Part shown: positions 23,529 through 33,669 of the stretch, one piece after another
How positions within the stretch are numbered: position 1 is the first letter of the stretch
Layout: each line of letters starts with the position of its first letter
IMG/VR virus record: IMGVR_UViG_3300013947_000055
Location: 1 to 52,072 of that record
Origin: a virus
Direction: 5' to 3' (one strand)
Length of the DNA: 52,072 nucleotides
Translations under genes and position numbers: made by a program
Notes under the pieces: model-generated
Told to the model about the DNA's origin: nothing
Databases searched by the model: none
What the model saw: the letters and a program-made list of their open reading frames with translations, nothing else

Positions 23529-24389
23529 CTATTTTTCGCTGATGTGGGGGATAGCGTAGTCGTCTTCCACGGACTGAGTAGCAGCCTCATTCACGAGGGT
23601 GAAGTACTGCCCCACGACCTCGTGCGGCAGATACTGCAAGACGATCTTGCCGCCCGCGGCCTCGCCCGTGCGCTCGCACAGGTACGTCTTGCCGTCCTCG
23701 CTGTCGAGGTAATACTTGCCGTACTCGTACTCCATACCGCGCGAGGCGGGGATGGGGTCATCCTGCGTGCCCGCGTGCTCCACGTCGACCACGACCCACA
23801 GCGCGGGCGTTGCGGCGGGGTTCCAGCCCTCCTGCGAGGTGTGCGCCTGCTGGCACTTGTAGAGCTTGTCAGCGTCGCCCACGCGGTCGCCCACGGCGTA
23901 GCTGACGGGGTACTCCCACGCGGGGAACAGCTCGACCGCCTTTGCCGCCTCGCCGTCCGGCAAACTCACCGCTGCCGCCTCGATGACGGGGCGCAGCTCC
24001 GCCGCGCGCTGCGGCGTGATGCTCTGTCCGACCAGCGCCGTGACGGTCGCCGCCGAAAGCTCAGATTCCGTGGGCTTGCCCATCTTCACGCTCACCGTGC
24101 CGTCGCGGTAGTCGGTGATGTCGCCCGCGAGGCTGTACTCGCTGTTGTCGTACTCGGTTACGACCTCTTCCGTCTGGCCGGTCAGCATACCGTTCTCGTC
24201 CAGCACGTCGCGCTGCTCGCGCATGACGATGCTCCACGGCGTGCCGGAGGGTAGCAGCGCGAGCGCATCCTCGTAGCTCATGGTCAGGTGGATGGTTTTG
24301 GTATCACGATCGCCCCAGTCGCGGTCTTTCAGGTTTCCGTTGACCGTAGCCGGATACTCCGTGTCGTTGATTTTTACGTAGATGCTCAT
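23529..24389 (-). CDS. Tail fibre-associated protein with CBM5/12-like carbohydrate-binding motif
   Basis: YAVGDRVGDADKLYKCQQAHTSQEGWNPAATPALWVVV matches the CBM_5_12 aromatic pattern; strongly GC-rich relative to its neighbours. Confidence 0.5.
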   Translation of the reverse strand: MSIYVKINDTEYPATVNGNLKDRDWGDRDTKTIHLTMSYEDALALLPSGTPWSIVMREQRDVLDENGMLTGQTEEVVTEYDNSEYSLAGDITDYRDGTVSVKMGKPTESELSAATVTALVGQSITPQRAAELRPVIEAAAVSLPDGEAAKAVELFPAWEYPVSYAVGDRVGDADKLYKCQQAHTSQEGWNPAATPALWVVVDVEHAGTQDDPIPASRGMEYEYGKYYLDSEDGKTYLCERTGEAAGGKIVLQYLPHEVVGQYFTLVNEAATQSVEDDYAIPHISEK

Positions 24390-24401
24390 AAATAAACTCC
24401 T

Positions 24402-25766
24402 TTATGCGATGATGTGCATGTCGGCGTCGACGATAGTGTCAGCAGATAAAATAAACGCTGGACGATAGCCGTAGTCATAGTTGCCGCTCGAACTCGTTTC
24501 TTGGCCTGTAGTGGAGACCCATCTCCACCCGTTGTTGCTAATTGTTCTACTCCACCAACTAACAGCATTTCCGTTATAGCGTGCAATCCTGTCTGCATTA
24601 TCTTTTCCGATAAAATAGGAAAGCGTCACGCCATCCACGGTTCCTATAGTATCCATTGCAAACCCGGCTTCGATTATTGACAGAAAAAATGCCCGCCGCT
24701 GTAGGCCGTTTGCTCCAGAGTGAGACGTCGCGAATCCGAGTTCATCGCGGGCTATATAGGGGATTTTTACAGTTTTTACAGAGGCGAGTAATTCGGAAGA
24801 AAACTTCCCAATAAACGTGGTATTCAACCATGTATCACCAACATCGTCCGGGTAGTAAAAAGTAGTGCCCGATGCAGCTATTTTACCAAGTGCATAGATA
24901 TCTTCGGTCATGACCCAAATGCCGTTACAGCTTGCATCGTACATAGACCCGGGTAAGCCCTTATGCACAATTCGCAAGGCTGTTGCTTCGCCATCAATTT
25001 CCCCGTATATAATTGACCCAACAGGAAGGTCGGAAAGCGGTGTTGTGCTACCCGGAAAAATAATTTCAACCCCTGTGCCATCAATTAGTGTTTTCCCTTT
25101 TTTTACGTCGTAGCCAACGCCGTTAACAAGACAGCGGCTCCCGCCTTGAATGCTGTATATGGTTCCATCAATCAACACCCTATGTGCTTCGGAATTTTCC
25201 GGTCCAGCGGTAAACGCACCTGTTCCTGCATTAGCATAGAACGCGCTGTTGGTGTTGTCCCACAAGCCAATAGTGCCCGAAGCGTTCTTGCAAGGGATAA
25301 AGTCCCTGATAAGCGTTCCGTTATCATATATCCGGCAAGAATAGAGTTTGCCGGACACATAACCTTTTCTGGCGTTTGCGGAGTTTAGGCAAAGCAAATA
25401 AAGGTTGTAGCCTGACTGGAATGTTTGTGTAGGATGTGTAACTGTGTAGCCTGCGACGGTGGTAACATTTTTATTTTTGTCAATCGTGCGTCGTCCCGTG
25501 CTTGATGGACCAGTGATTTGAAGTCGACTTGTCCCGTAGTCGCTGTACCACAATTTTGCGGAAATTCCATACTGACAGTACACGCCAAAGCTCTTGTTGT
25601 TCGCAGCCTGACGACCATCGAAAAACCAGTCGTCAACGCCGTTATCTTTCGGATTGACATCCATCACGACACGTGTATCCTGATTCGGCTTGAACCCCGT
25701 ATCAATGTACTGCGTCCCCGTGCTCTCGATATACTCAAGCCTTGTATACCCGCTTGGTAAGCTCAT
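24402..25766 (-). CDS. Putative receptor-binding/tail fibre protein
   Basis: N-terminus LPSGYTRLEYIESTGTQYIDTGF recurs in Firmicutes phage fibre proteins as far as I recall; lies in a low-GC cassette within the fibre module. Confidence 0.5.
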   Translation of the reverse strand: MSLPSGYTRLEYIESTGTQYIDTGFKPNQDTRVVMDVNPKDNGVDDWFFDGRQAANNKSFGVYCQYGISAKLWYSDYGTSRLQITGPSSTGRRTIDKNKNVTTVAGYTVTHPTQTFQSGYNLYLLCLNSANARKGYVSGKLYSCRIYDNGTLIRDFIPCKNASGTIGLWDNTNSAFYANAGTGAFTAGPENSEAHRVLIDGTIYSIQGGSRCLVNGVGYDVKKGKTLIDGTGVEIIFPGSTTPLSDLPVGSIIYGEIDGEATALRIVHKGLPGSMYDASCNGIWVMTEDIYALGKIAASGTTFYYPDDVGDTWLNTTFIGKFSSELLASVKTVKIPYIARDELGFATSHSGANGLQRRAFFLSIIEAGFAMDTIGTVDGVTLSYFIGKDNADRIARYNGNAVSWWSRTISNNGWRWVSTTGQETSSSGNYDYGYRPAFILSADTIVDADMHIIA

Positions 25767-25778
25767 CGCCGCACCCCC

Positions 25779-27683
25779 TTAGCCGTAAACCCAGTTGATG
25801 AAGCCATTCTTAGTAGGTGTGGTCTCCGTGCTCACAAGGTTTTGCTCAGAGATGTTCGATGACCTTATAGGGTGGGTATAACTATATGTCACCGTCCATG
25901 TTGTCGAGGTAGGGTCGGGATCGTGTGCATAGGCGATATCAAGGGTCATATAGAATTCTCTATACTGGCCAGCAAGCGCTGGGATTGACGCCCCGTAATT
26001 CAAGTGCATAACAAACCTAAGAGTTGTATACTGATTGCTATCGGTGCCCAGCATCAATTGAGACATTTCGCCCAGCGATATAGCTCCAAGGTTTGCTATG
26101 ACAAGGGCTCCTCTCTCAAAAGCGCTTGCAATCTCTCCTTGGGTTTTATCAGCTTCTATGGTGCTCGCAGTAAGGTCCATTAAGTCGAAGCAAACTTCAA
26201 GGAACTCCTTCGGGTGCACATGGTCGCCCCTTGCAAACGTCTCCTCTGTGCCCGCGCTGGCTGTCCCCGCCGCTTTTGGTGTGGTCGTGGATGCAGAGGG
26301 AGAAGAAACCGTCACCGCGCCCGTCTGCCCGTTGACGCTCGTCACGGGGTAAGGCGGTGGATTGCTCGCGCTGTACTGCTTGACGTTATCCACGTTGCCG
26401 AGGCCGACCTCGCTCTTGCTGTAGCTCGGCTTGCTCGCTGCCTTTGCCCACGCGGGCACGGTCGGGTCGGTCTCCGTGTAGCTCTGCAACGCGCTGTCCG
26501 CCTTGCCCAAACTCGTCTGCACGTCGCTTGCGAGGTCGGACTTGGCCACCGTCGACTTGAACGCCAGACTGCCGAGGTCGCTGAACCACTTCGCGATCTT
26601 GCCAAACAGCACGGAGAGCTTTTCGCCCGTCGCGATGTTCGCCCGCGTCGTCGCCGCCGTGAACTTCGCTGTGACGCTGCTGCCGTCGCCCGTCTTGTCA
26701 AGCTTGCCGGAGATGTCCTGATGCTGTGTCAGATAGCCGCTGTCGTTGGAGAGCTGCGAGGTCTTGGTCGGGATAAGCCCGCGAATGTACGGGTGTGCTG
26801 CCTCGCTCTCATTGTGCGCCTTGATCTGCGCGGAAACATCCGGCGTGGGGATTGCCCCGATGGCGTCATCTACGTAAGCAAACACGTCCTGATGCTTCCC
26901 CTGCGGGTCGTACACATTTGCCAGCATATCGCCCGTACCCGCACCTGCTTGACCGCGGCAATATCCCGCGTCGTAGCTCGTGCCGTCCGAGAGCGTGACA
27001 ATAAGATGGTAGTCGCTCTGCCGGATGGTGATGCCGGTAATGGTAGGCGCGTCCGCGCCGGGATTGCCTTGCGGGCCGGTGGGGCCTTGCGGGCCAGTTG
27101 CGCCTGTCTCGCCCTGTTCCCCCTGTGGGCCGGTCGCACCTGTCGCGCCGGTATCACCCTTTTCACCCTGAATACCCTGTTCGCCTTGTGGGCCGCGCGG
27201 GCCGGTATCGCCCGTCTCTCCCTTATCGCCCTTTTCGAGCACAAGGTTTAAAACCTGATTCGGCGCTGTGCCGGTGATGGTGGCGCTTGCCACCTTGCCG
27301 GACGTGACCGTACCGATTTTCAAAGTGTTCGCGGGGCCGGTATCGCCCTTCTCGCCCTGAATGCCCTGCTCACCCTTCTCACCCTGAATGCCTTGCTCGC
27401 CCTGTGGGCCGGTATCACCTGTCGCGCCGGTATCACCCTTTGCGCCTTTGTCACCCTGCGGGATGCCGAGCGCCAGCGTGCCGGTCGACTTATCATAGCT
27501 CGCCGTTGCGTTGCTCCCGGCGGGCAAAGTGGTCACAGTGACCTTTACGACACTCAGGGTAACAAAGTTCAGCAGCGTTTCGCCTAAAAGGCTTTTAGCC
27601 TCGCCGTTCTGTTCGAGCACGAACCGATCCGCTTTGGTGATCTGCGTCGCTTGGGTGAGGTCGGTAATTGCTTTGTCAGCCAT
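25779..27683 (-). CDS. Collagen-like tail fibre
   Basis: Two G-X-Y blocks ([41 protein letters not shown] and [58 protein letters not shown]); 26-nt exact repeat at 27137..27162 and 27416..27441. Confidence 0.8.
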   Translation of the reverse strand: MADKAITDLTQATQITKADRFVLEQNGEAKSLLGETLLNFVTLSVVKVTVTTLPAGSNATASYDKSTGTLALGIPQGDKGAKGDTGATGDTGPQGEQGIQGEKGEQGIQGEKGDTGPANTLKIGTVTSGKVASATITGTAPNQVLNLVLEKGDKGETGDTGPRGPQGEQGIQGEKGDTGATGATGPQGEQGETGATGPQGPTGPQGNPGADAPTITGITIRQSDYHLIVTLSDGTSYDAGYCRGQAGAGTGDMLANVYDPQGKHQDVFAYVDDAIGAIPTPDVSAQIKAHNESEAAHPYIRGLIPTKTSQLSNDSGYLTQHQDISGKLDKTGDGSSVTAKFTAATTRANIATGEKLSVLFGKIAKWFSDLGSLAFKSTVAKSDLASDVQTSLGKADSALQSYTETDPTVPAWAKAASKPSYSKSEVGLGNVDNVKQYSASNPPPYPVTSVNGQTGAVTVSSPSASTTTPKAAGTASAGTEETFARGDHVHPKEFLEVCFDLMDLTASTIEADKTQGEIASAFERGALVIANLGAISLGEMSQLMLGTDSNQYTTLRFVMHLNYGASIPALAGQYREFYMTLDIAYAHDPDPTSTTWTVTYSYTHPIRSSNISEQNLVSTETTPTKNGFINWVYG

Positions 27684-27894
27684 TGGCGGCCTCCTTCATT
27701 TTCTTTTCTCGCTCTTCCTGCTTCTCACGTGTCTGCTCGCCCTTGATGCGCTCCACGTCCTGCACGAGCAAAGAATACGCTCTGCGCAGTTCATTGCGCG
27801 CCATGTACATCTTGTCCGTTTCGGATGCGGCGATAAGCACCGTGTCGAGGATATCGAATGCTTTCATCATCGTCTGCATTGCCTGTTCTTCCAT
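27676..27894 (-). CDS. Hypothetical coiled-coil protein (fibre assembly/chaperone candidate)
   Basis: ATG at 27894, 2 nt after the stop of the upstream gene; the ORF-track N-terminal extension to 28167 overlaps that gene. Confidence 0.5.
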   Translation of the reverse strand: MEEQAMQTMMKAFDILDTVLIAASETDKMYMARNELRRAYSLLVQDVERIKGEQTREKQEEREKKMKEAANG

Positions 27895-27895
27895 A

Positions 27896-28621
27896 TCAAA
27901 CACCTCGTTTCCATGTCGTCCCTCCCGTGCAGACCCACGGGATGCCTTTCCGCCAATAGGTCGTGTAGAGCCATATGATGCCGTGATTGTAGCCTGTGCC
28001 GTTGGGGGATAGCCACACGCGTCCGCTCGTGTCCTCCGTCCACACGGCATACAGCGTGTGACTGTAGCCGGGAGAGACGGTCGTGCCACTGTATAAGATG
28101 ATCTTCGCTCCCGCGCCGTAAATGTTGCCCGTGCCTGCCGAGTTGAGCGCCCAACCGGCGAATACATATCCGGGCCGCGTCGGCGTGGTAGACGGCAGAT
28201 AAAAGGTCACGTAGCCCGTATTGTTGGTCTCGCTTCCGTACTGCGTGCTCGGCGCGCCGCTGCCGCCGTTGGCGTTAAAATTGATGTATGCGTAATATGT
28301 CTTTGCTGCGGGCGGGGCCGTGGTAAACGAGCCGTTGTCCTCGTAGCTTGCTGTGCCCCAGCCACCCGTGACGCGCACTTGGAGCTGGCACTGCCAGTAA
28401 TACGTTGTGTTTGGGTCCAGCCCCGTGATCGTGCCGGAAAACGTATTGTAGCCGCCGCTCGTCTGCGGGGATTCAAAGTAATACGACGCATTGCCAAGCA
28501 CAGTCAAGTAGATGCGCTTGCTGTAGCTGTAATCGGATGCGCCGCCGGAAAATACACCGCTGACGTATGCCCGCGTCCCGTCGCTCGCATCCGGCGTGAT
28601 AGTTACACTGAACGTCGCCAT
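27896..28621 (-). CDS. Tail protein with FN3-like and Listeria-Bacteroides (Flg_new) repeat motifs
   Basis: GLDPNTTYYWQ (FN3-like); NFNANGGSG...RPGYVFAGW...LYAVW (Flg_new pattern). Confidence 0.5.
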   Translation of the reverse strand: MATFSVTITPDASDGTRAYVSGVFSGGASDYSYSKRIYLTVLGNASYYFESPQTSGGYNTFSGTITGLDPNTTYYWQCQLQVRVTGGWGTASYEDNGSFTTAPPAAKTYYAYINFNANGGSGAPSTQYGSETNNTGYVTFYLPSTTPTRPGYVFAGWALNSAGTGNIYGAGAKIILYSGTTVSPGYSHTLYAVWTEDTSGRVWLSPNGTGYNHGIIWLYTTYWRKGIPWVCTGGTTWKRGV

Positions 28622-29716
28622 TTAGCTCACCAACTGGATGTATAGCTGCCCCGCCACGCCCGTACCGCTCGGCGCGGACGGGCCAAAGCTCGCTGTAGCC
28701 AGACACAGCGCCGCCGAGCCGAGCTGTACGAGGCCGCTCTGCACCGTGATGCTTCCGCCCGTACCGGCCTGTAAAAAGATATTGCCTGCGGGCTGTATCT
28801 TGATACCTCCCCACGTGGTCGTCATGCCCAAGCCCACGCTTGTAGTCGTGTCCGCCAGCGTAAAGCCGCCAATCGTGTTGTTGCTGCCGTCTTTCAGCGC
28901 GATAGTACTGCCCCGCAGTGTGGATGCTTCCACGCCGAGCGCATAGATGTAATCCGTCGTAACCGTGCCGTTGATAATAGTGGTTACGCCCTGTGCTGTC
29001 TGATAGCCGCTGTCATTGTATAGCTGGCTCATGCTGGTCGGAATGTCGCTCGTCTCCGCTACGGAACTTGGCAACTGCCCAATGGTCAGTGTACCTGTGA
29101 TGTTTGCCGAGCTGACTTTGAGCGTGGTCGTCTCAATGCTGCTGCCCTTGATACGCGTCGTGCCGCTTTGGTCCGTGATGGTCACGCCGTCAATGGTGGT
29201 CTTCAGCTCCGTGTACTTGCCATCGATCCCCTCGACCTTGAGCATGATCTCCTCGCTGGTCTTGGCGATCAGCGACCGCGCCTTTGCCATGTTGCGCTCG
29301 ATCTGCCGCTGCGTTGGCGACTTGTAAGGGTACTCGTCGTCGATCTCGTCCGCGTCCGGCGCGGAGATATCAGCTCTATACAGAGCATCAAATTGCAGGT
29401 TCTGCTCAGCAATGACTGTATAGATACCGCCGATTGTAATACCATCACCAAGCTCAGCCGCCGGATCAAGCAGAGCATTCCTACCCTCATAGGAACGCTG
29501 TACATAACCCTCAGTCTGAGACAAGATGTAGGCCGCCATAGCATCTGTACCGTCAGGATTGACTACCGACAGAGTCTTACCATTAGGAATGTTTGTAGAG
29601 GAGGCTTCAGCAAGGACGTCCCCGTTATCATCAAGGATCTCGACCTTGTTGATGGGTAAGGACTCAATACCGGGGAGTAGGGTCTCTACTTGAGAGCCAA
29701 GAAAAATCTTGTCCAT
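28622..29716 (-). CDS. Tail tip/baseplate protein
   Basis: Position downstream of tape measure and distal tail genes; composition switches from phage-typical to GC-rich near 29370. Confidence 0.5.
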   Translation of the reverse strand: MDKIFLGSQVETLLPGIESLPINKVEILDDNGDVLAEASSTNIPNGKTLSVVNPDGTDAMAAYILSQTEGYVQRSYEGRNALLDPAAELGDGITIGGIYTVIAEQNLQFDALYRADISAPDADEIDDEYPYKSPTQRQIERNMAKARSLIAKTSEEIMLKVEGIDGKYTELKTTIDGVTITDQSGTTRIKGSSIETTTLKVSSANITGTLTIGQLPSSVAETSDIPTSMSQLYNDSGYQTAQGVTTIINGTVTTDYIYALGVEASTLRGSTIALKDGSNNTIGGFTLADTTTSVGLGMTTTWGGIKIQPAGNIFLQAGTGGSITVQSGLVQLGSAALCLATASFGPSAPSGTGVAGQLYIQLVS

Positions 29717-29728
29717 TCAGCACCCTCC

Positions 29729-30427
29729 TTACACAATGATCCTGTCTCCACCAAAAGTAATTGCTTCCCCAACATTAGTGATGAGGTAAGAAGTTTCTTC
29801 TGGGATGGAGTTAAGACCGACTAAGAGCAGTTTACCTTCATCAGAAATGATCCAGTTACCAGCATTAGCAACAGCGATTCTTTTAAGGACTTCTCTCATG
29901 GTCATGTCACCAGCCGTGTCCACAGGGTATTGTACCGGGAACGCTGTGTTCAGTGTGGTACGGCTGTCAACTGCTACACCCATGCGGTCAGCGATGTCGT
30001 TGACTGCGTCAACCACGGGCATAGGCCACGTCTGGGTATCATAGGTGGAATCAAGCCAGACCTCTTCGGCCTTGAGCATTGCATCGTAGCCATGCACGGT
30101 CATGACTCCAGTAAGCCGGTCAGTTTCTCTTGTCGAAAAGAAGAACACACCCTTGGGGATCCATTCACTTGCCTGAGTACCAAGTACAAGTCTTACAAAG
30201 ACCTGGATCTTAGCCTGACGAGGAATGGAACCCTTGGGATAGATCTCCACGTCGATCTGTCCGGCTACGGCGTTACCCACGCCAAAAGTGCTATACAGAC
30301 TGTTCGGTACAGACAGGGAGACAATGTTTCCCATGCCGTAGTCTGTACCAGCGATGGTCAGTTTGATCTCCTTGGTATGGTTGGGATTGCTGAGTAGCTG
30401 CTTGTACAGCGCAGTCGTTGTATGCAT
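29729..30427 (-). CDS. Tail tip/baseplate protein
   Basis: Position only. Confidence 0.45.
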   Translation of the reverse strand: MHTTTALYKQLLSNPNHTKEIKLTIAGTDYGMGNIVSLSVPNSLYSTFGVGNAVAGQIDVEIYPKGSIPRQAKIQVFVRLVLGTQASEWIPKGVFFFSTRETDRLTGVMTVHGYDAMLKAEEVWLDSTYDTQTWPMPVVDAVNDIADRMGVAVDSRTTLNTAFPVQYPVDTAGDMTMREVLKRIAVANAGNWIISDEGKLLLVGLNSIPEETSYLITNVGEAITFGGDRIIV

Positions 30428-30431
30428 CTAC

Positions 30432-30788
30432 TCACCTCTCTTCCAAGGAGAGAGTGCCGCCGTTCCAGTACTCCAAGTCATTGTACTTGAGTGCAGTATC
30501 ATACGGAATGTAGCTGACCCTCATGCTCTGGATAACCTCACCATAGTGAGGACTCTCGTAGGTAACTTCCATTACGGTCTTACGAAGCATATAGCTGAGG
30601 GAAATGGCTTGCTCTCTGGTAAGAGGTAAAACCTTTGCAGACCAAGTACTCTTCCAGCGGATAACCCTGTCGTGAGTAACGCCGTCAAGGGTCTGTACCT
30701 GAGTTGTAGTAACTGGCTTGGCGTCCACATGGACAGTCTCTTCATCAAACCAGCTACTAACGTCAACGCCATCAAATTTTAAGATCAT
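30432..30788 (-). CDS. Distal tail protein candidate
   Basis: ATGA overlap with the tape measure stop; position. Confidence 0.45.
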   Translation of the reverse strand: MILKFDGVDVSSWFDEETVHVDAKPVTTTQVQTLDGVTHDRVIRWKSTWSAKVLPLTREQAISLSYMLRKTVMEVTYESPHYGEVIQSMRVSYIPYDTALKYNDLEYWNGGTLSLEER

Positions 30789-33043
30789 CCGTTCGCCCTC
30801 GCTTCCTGGAGCTGCCTCTTAGTAACCACCTGAGTGATCTTCTTACCATCAAGATAGATGGGACTGACCACCGTGATGTCACCAGAAGTGCCCTTGTTCT
30901 TAAGAGCCTCGATGAGCTCGTTGGTTTCCTGTTTGGTCCAGATGCTTTCACCCTCATGGACTCTGACATCCATGTCTCTGGGGACATAGTCCAGACCACT
31001 TGCGTAGGAACCCTGTCTGTTACCACTAAACCCGCCACCACGGCCGGAGCTCACCTTGCTGGACTCAGTGTTCCAGAGGCTGACCTTTTCCTTAATCCAG
31101 TTGACAGCATCTGTAACCCAGGATGTAATGTTGCTCCAAACGGACTTGAGGCCATTCCACAGGGCAGTAAAGATGTCCTTACCGGCCTGTAGCATGGACG
31201 GGATAAGGTTTTTAAGGATATTGACAGGATCCTTAGATGCCTGAGAAAACCAACTCTTAATGCTGTTCCAGATCTCCTTAAAGACATTCAGTAAGCCTTG
31301 GAACAGGCTCTTACCAGCACCCCAAAGCTGAGCCGTGATGGTAACAAGTGCATTTACAAGACCATTAAGGAACTCAGAGAAGAACTTCTTAATGAGGTCC
31401 CAGATGGTAGCACCGATGTCTTTAAGGTTTTCCCAAGCTTCTTCCCAATCACCCGAAAAGGCTGCTGCAAAAGCTCCAAACAGATCAGAAATGATCTTGA
31501 ATGCGCTCTCAAACACAGTCTCAATAGCTTGCCACGCAGTCTCCAAAATGGTTCTAATGCCGAAGAGGTTGTTCTCCCACAGCATAGTGATGAGATCAAG
31601 CGCAGCAGAGATAATTTCGCCGATGCTGGTAAAGATCTCCGACGTGTACTCTCTAATGTTGCCGAAGTCAGTTACCCACGCAGCCGTAAGTGCAGCCACA
31701 AGGCTGATCACAATCCCTAACGGACCAGTGAGCAGACCAAACACAGCAGCCAATCCGCCCGTACCACCGATCAGGCCGATAATGGCCGAGATGGACGTAG
31801 CCATCTTACCAAAAATAAGAAGCATCGGTCCAATAGCAGCCACGATCATACCGAACGTAAGGATAGCCTGTTTGGTATCATCGTCCATGGCATTGAGACT
31901 GTCAACGAATTCAGTAAGATGACGTACACCCTCAGTCAGAGAGGGCACGAGCATCTCACCGAAGGAGATTGCCAGACCTTCCAAGGCAGAGCCAAGGATG
32001 GTAAGCTGACCACCAAGGTTATCCAGCATGGTATCAGCCATGTCTTGAGCAGTACCATCAGCAGCATTGATAGCCTCCGTGAGCTTGTTGAAGTCGGCCT
32101 CGCTTGCGTTAACAATAGCCAACAGACCAGACATACCCTCTTTACCAGCAAGATTAGCTGCTACCTCTGCTTGTTCAGCCTGACTGAGCTGACTGAAGCC
32201 ATTTCTCAGGTCAACCATGACCTCGTTCAAGGACTTCATGTTGCCCTCATTATCGGTAAGAGAGACATTCAGTCTTCTCATAGCCCAGTCCATATTGTCG
32301 GTCGGATTGACCATGTTGGTAAGCAAGGTTCTAAGTGCTGTACCAGCCTGAGAAGCCTTAATACCACTGTTAGCCATAAGACCAAGAGCGACAGACGTGT
32401 CTTCCACGCTGTACCCAAGAGAACCCGCCACAGGTGCTACATACTTAAAGGACTCACCCAACATGGATACGTTAGTGTTAGCACTGTTAGATGCAACTGC
32501 AAGCACGTCAGCAAAGTGAGCGGAATCCTGAGCCTGAAGACCAAACGCCGTAAGTGCATCAGTTACGATGTCAGACGTAAGAGCCAGATCTTCACCAGAT
32601 GCAGCGGCGAGGTTCATAATGCCCTCAATACCGTTGAGCATATCCTCAGTCTTCCAACCTGCCATCGCCATGTAGGTAAAGGCGTCTGCAGACTCAGAGG
32701 CCGTGAACTTGGTCTGAGCACCCATCTCTTTAGCCTTTTCTCTAAGAGCATCCAACTCATCACCAGTTGCTCCAGAGATGGCCTCAACCTTTGCCATAGA
32801 GCTGTCAAAATCAGAGGTCATCTTGACAGCCGCCGTACCAATACCCACAAGGGGTAAGGTAACAGATTTGGTGAGACTTGACCCAACAGAAGTCATTGCA
32901 CTACCCATGGCTGCAAACTTGTCACCCACGGTAGAGCTCTCGTCCTGGAAGGTCTTCATTGATTTCATGGCTTTGTCGAACCCAGACTCAAAGCCAGAAG
33001 CATCAAGTAACAGGTATCCTACCGCAGAGCCAACATCAATCAT
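30785..33043 (-). CDS. Tail tape measure protein
   Basis: 752 aa, alpha-helical, central hydrophobic TM-like segments (ILTFGMIVAAIGPMLLIFG...), repeated W-x-x-I/W motifs; downstream of the chaperone pair. Confidence 0.85.
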   Translation of the reverse strand: MIDVGSAVGYLLLDASGFESGFDKAMKSMKTFQDESSTVGDKFAAMGSAMTSVGSSLTKSVTLPLVGIGTAAVKMTSDFDSSMAKVEAISGATGDELDALREKAKEMGAQTKFTASESADAFTYMAMAGWKTEDMLNGIEGIMNLAAASGEDLALTSDIVTDALTAFGLQAQDSAHFADVLAVASNSANTNVSMLGESFKYVAPVAGSLGYSVEDTSVALGLMANSGIKASQAGTALRTLLTNMVNPTDNMDWAMRRLNVSLTDNEGNMKSLNEVMVDLRNGFSQLSQAEQAEVAANLAGKEGMSGLLAIVNASEADFNKLTEAINAADGTAQDMADTMLDNLGGQLTILGSALEGLAISFGEMLVPSLTEGVRHLTEFVDSLNAMDDDTKQAILTFGMIVAAIGPMLLIFGKMATSISAIIGLIGGTGGLAAVFGLLTGPLGIVISLVAALTAAWVTDFGNIREYTSEIFTSIGEIISAALDLITMLWENNLFGIRTILETAWQAIETVFESAFKIISDLFGAFAAAFSGDWEEAWENLKDIGATIWDLIKKFFSEFLNGLVNALVTITAQLWGAGKSLFQGLLNVFKEIWNSIKSWFSQASKDPVNILKNLIPSMLQAGKDIFTALWNGLKSVWSNITSWVTDAVNWIKEKVSLWNTESSKVSSGRGGGFSGNRQGSYASGLDYVPRDMDVRVHEGESIWTKQETNELIEALKNKGTSGDITVVSPIYLDGKKITQVVTKRQLQEARANG

Positions 33044-33057
33044 ATTCTCACCTCCAG

Positions 33058-33267
33058 TTATTCATATTGAGCATACAAGTCAGAGAAGCTGGAATACTGC
33101 CGGTTGAATGCTATCTCGTCGCCAGCATCCAGCCTCCCTGCAATGAACGCACAGGCCTCATCAAAGCAATAGGCCGTGTAATCATCGTCTATGCTCAGCA
33201 GCTCAGAGGGACGCCTCCTGTACCGCTGCGCCATCGACAGGACGTTCATAATGTTTGGACTGGACAC
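33058..33267 (-). CDS. Small protein between tail chaperone and tape measure (gpT-like position)
   Basis: Overlaps the 3' end of 33203..33643 by 65 nt in the +1 frame; no RBS seen. Confidence 0.4.
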   Translation of the reverse strand: MSSPNIMNVLSMAQRYRRRPSELLSIDDDYTAYCFDEACAFIAGRLDAGDEIAFNRQYSSFSDLYAQYE

Positions 33268-33643
33268 GAAAGGAATCCAAAGCCTGAACTCCCTTCTGGG
33301 TATACTGAAAGATGAACATCATCTGCTCATCAGTCAACTCCACGCCAGCGTCCTTAATCTGCTGGTAGGTAGGCTCAACGAAGCAAGCCTCACAAATGAC
33401 ATCCAGAACCTTGAAGAGATCCTTCAGAGCATTGTTGTCCTTGTCGTTAATACCCTTACCAACAAACAGGCTGTTAGCCTTGGTCAGCAGAGTGTTAGGG
33501 ATCTGTCCAGACTTTGCAAGGACAAGCATAGAGGGACGCTTAATGCGTGCCACAAAAGGCTGACCCTCAGCAAAGTCAGGGAATTGAACCACCTGACCAC
33601 GGGAATACTGAGCGAGCTGCTCAATGCTTGTAATTTCGTTCAT
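33203..33643 (-). CDS. Tail assembly chaperone (gpG-like)
   Basis: Position between major tail and tape measure; 146 aa acidic protein. Confidence 0.6.
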   Translation of the reverse strand: MNEITSIEQLAQYSRGQVVQFPDFAEGQPFVARIKRPSMLVLAKSGQIPNTLLTKANSLFVGKGINDKDNNALKDLFKVLDVICEACFVEPTYQQIKDAGVELTDEQMMFIFQYTQKGVQALDSFRVQSKHYERPVDGAAVQEASL

Positions 33644-33669
33644 GATAGTCCTCCTTGTACTTGTAGCTC

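Noticed and set aside
26214-27251. 345-aa Arg-rich plus-strand ORF, plus several 60-120-aa ORFs on both strands in 26.3-27.6 kb
   Set aside because: They are alternative frames of the collagen-like G-X-Y repeats. Repetitive GC-rich sequence keeps all frames open, and the minus-strand fibre gene explains the region.
23529-28621. Diversity-generating retroelement targeting the fibre genes
   Set aside because: No reverse transcriptase ORF exists anywhere in the genome, and no template/variable repeat pair was seen. The only internal repeat is the 26-nt collagen-block duplication.
31919-32857. 312-aa plus-strand ORF. Similar long antisense ORFs are 23544..24254, 677..1429, 2349..3149, 13115..13798, 15036..15791 and 51321..52067
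   Set aside because: Each lies entirely opposite a better-supported gene (motifs, RBS, operon coupling) and lacks its own RBS. They are treated as shadow ORFs.
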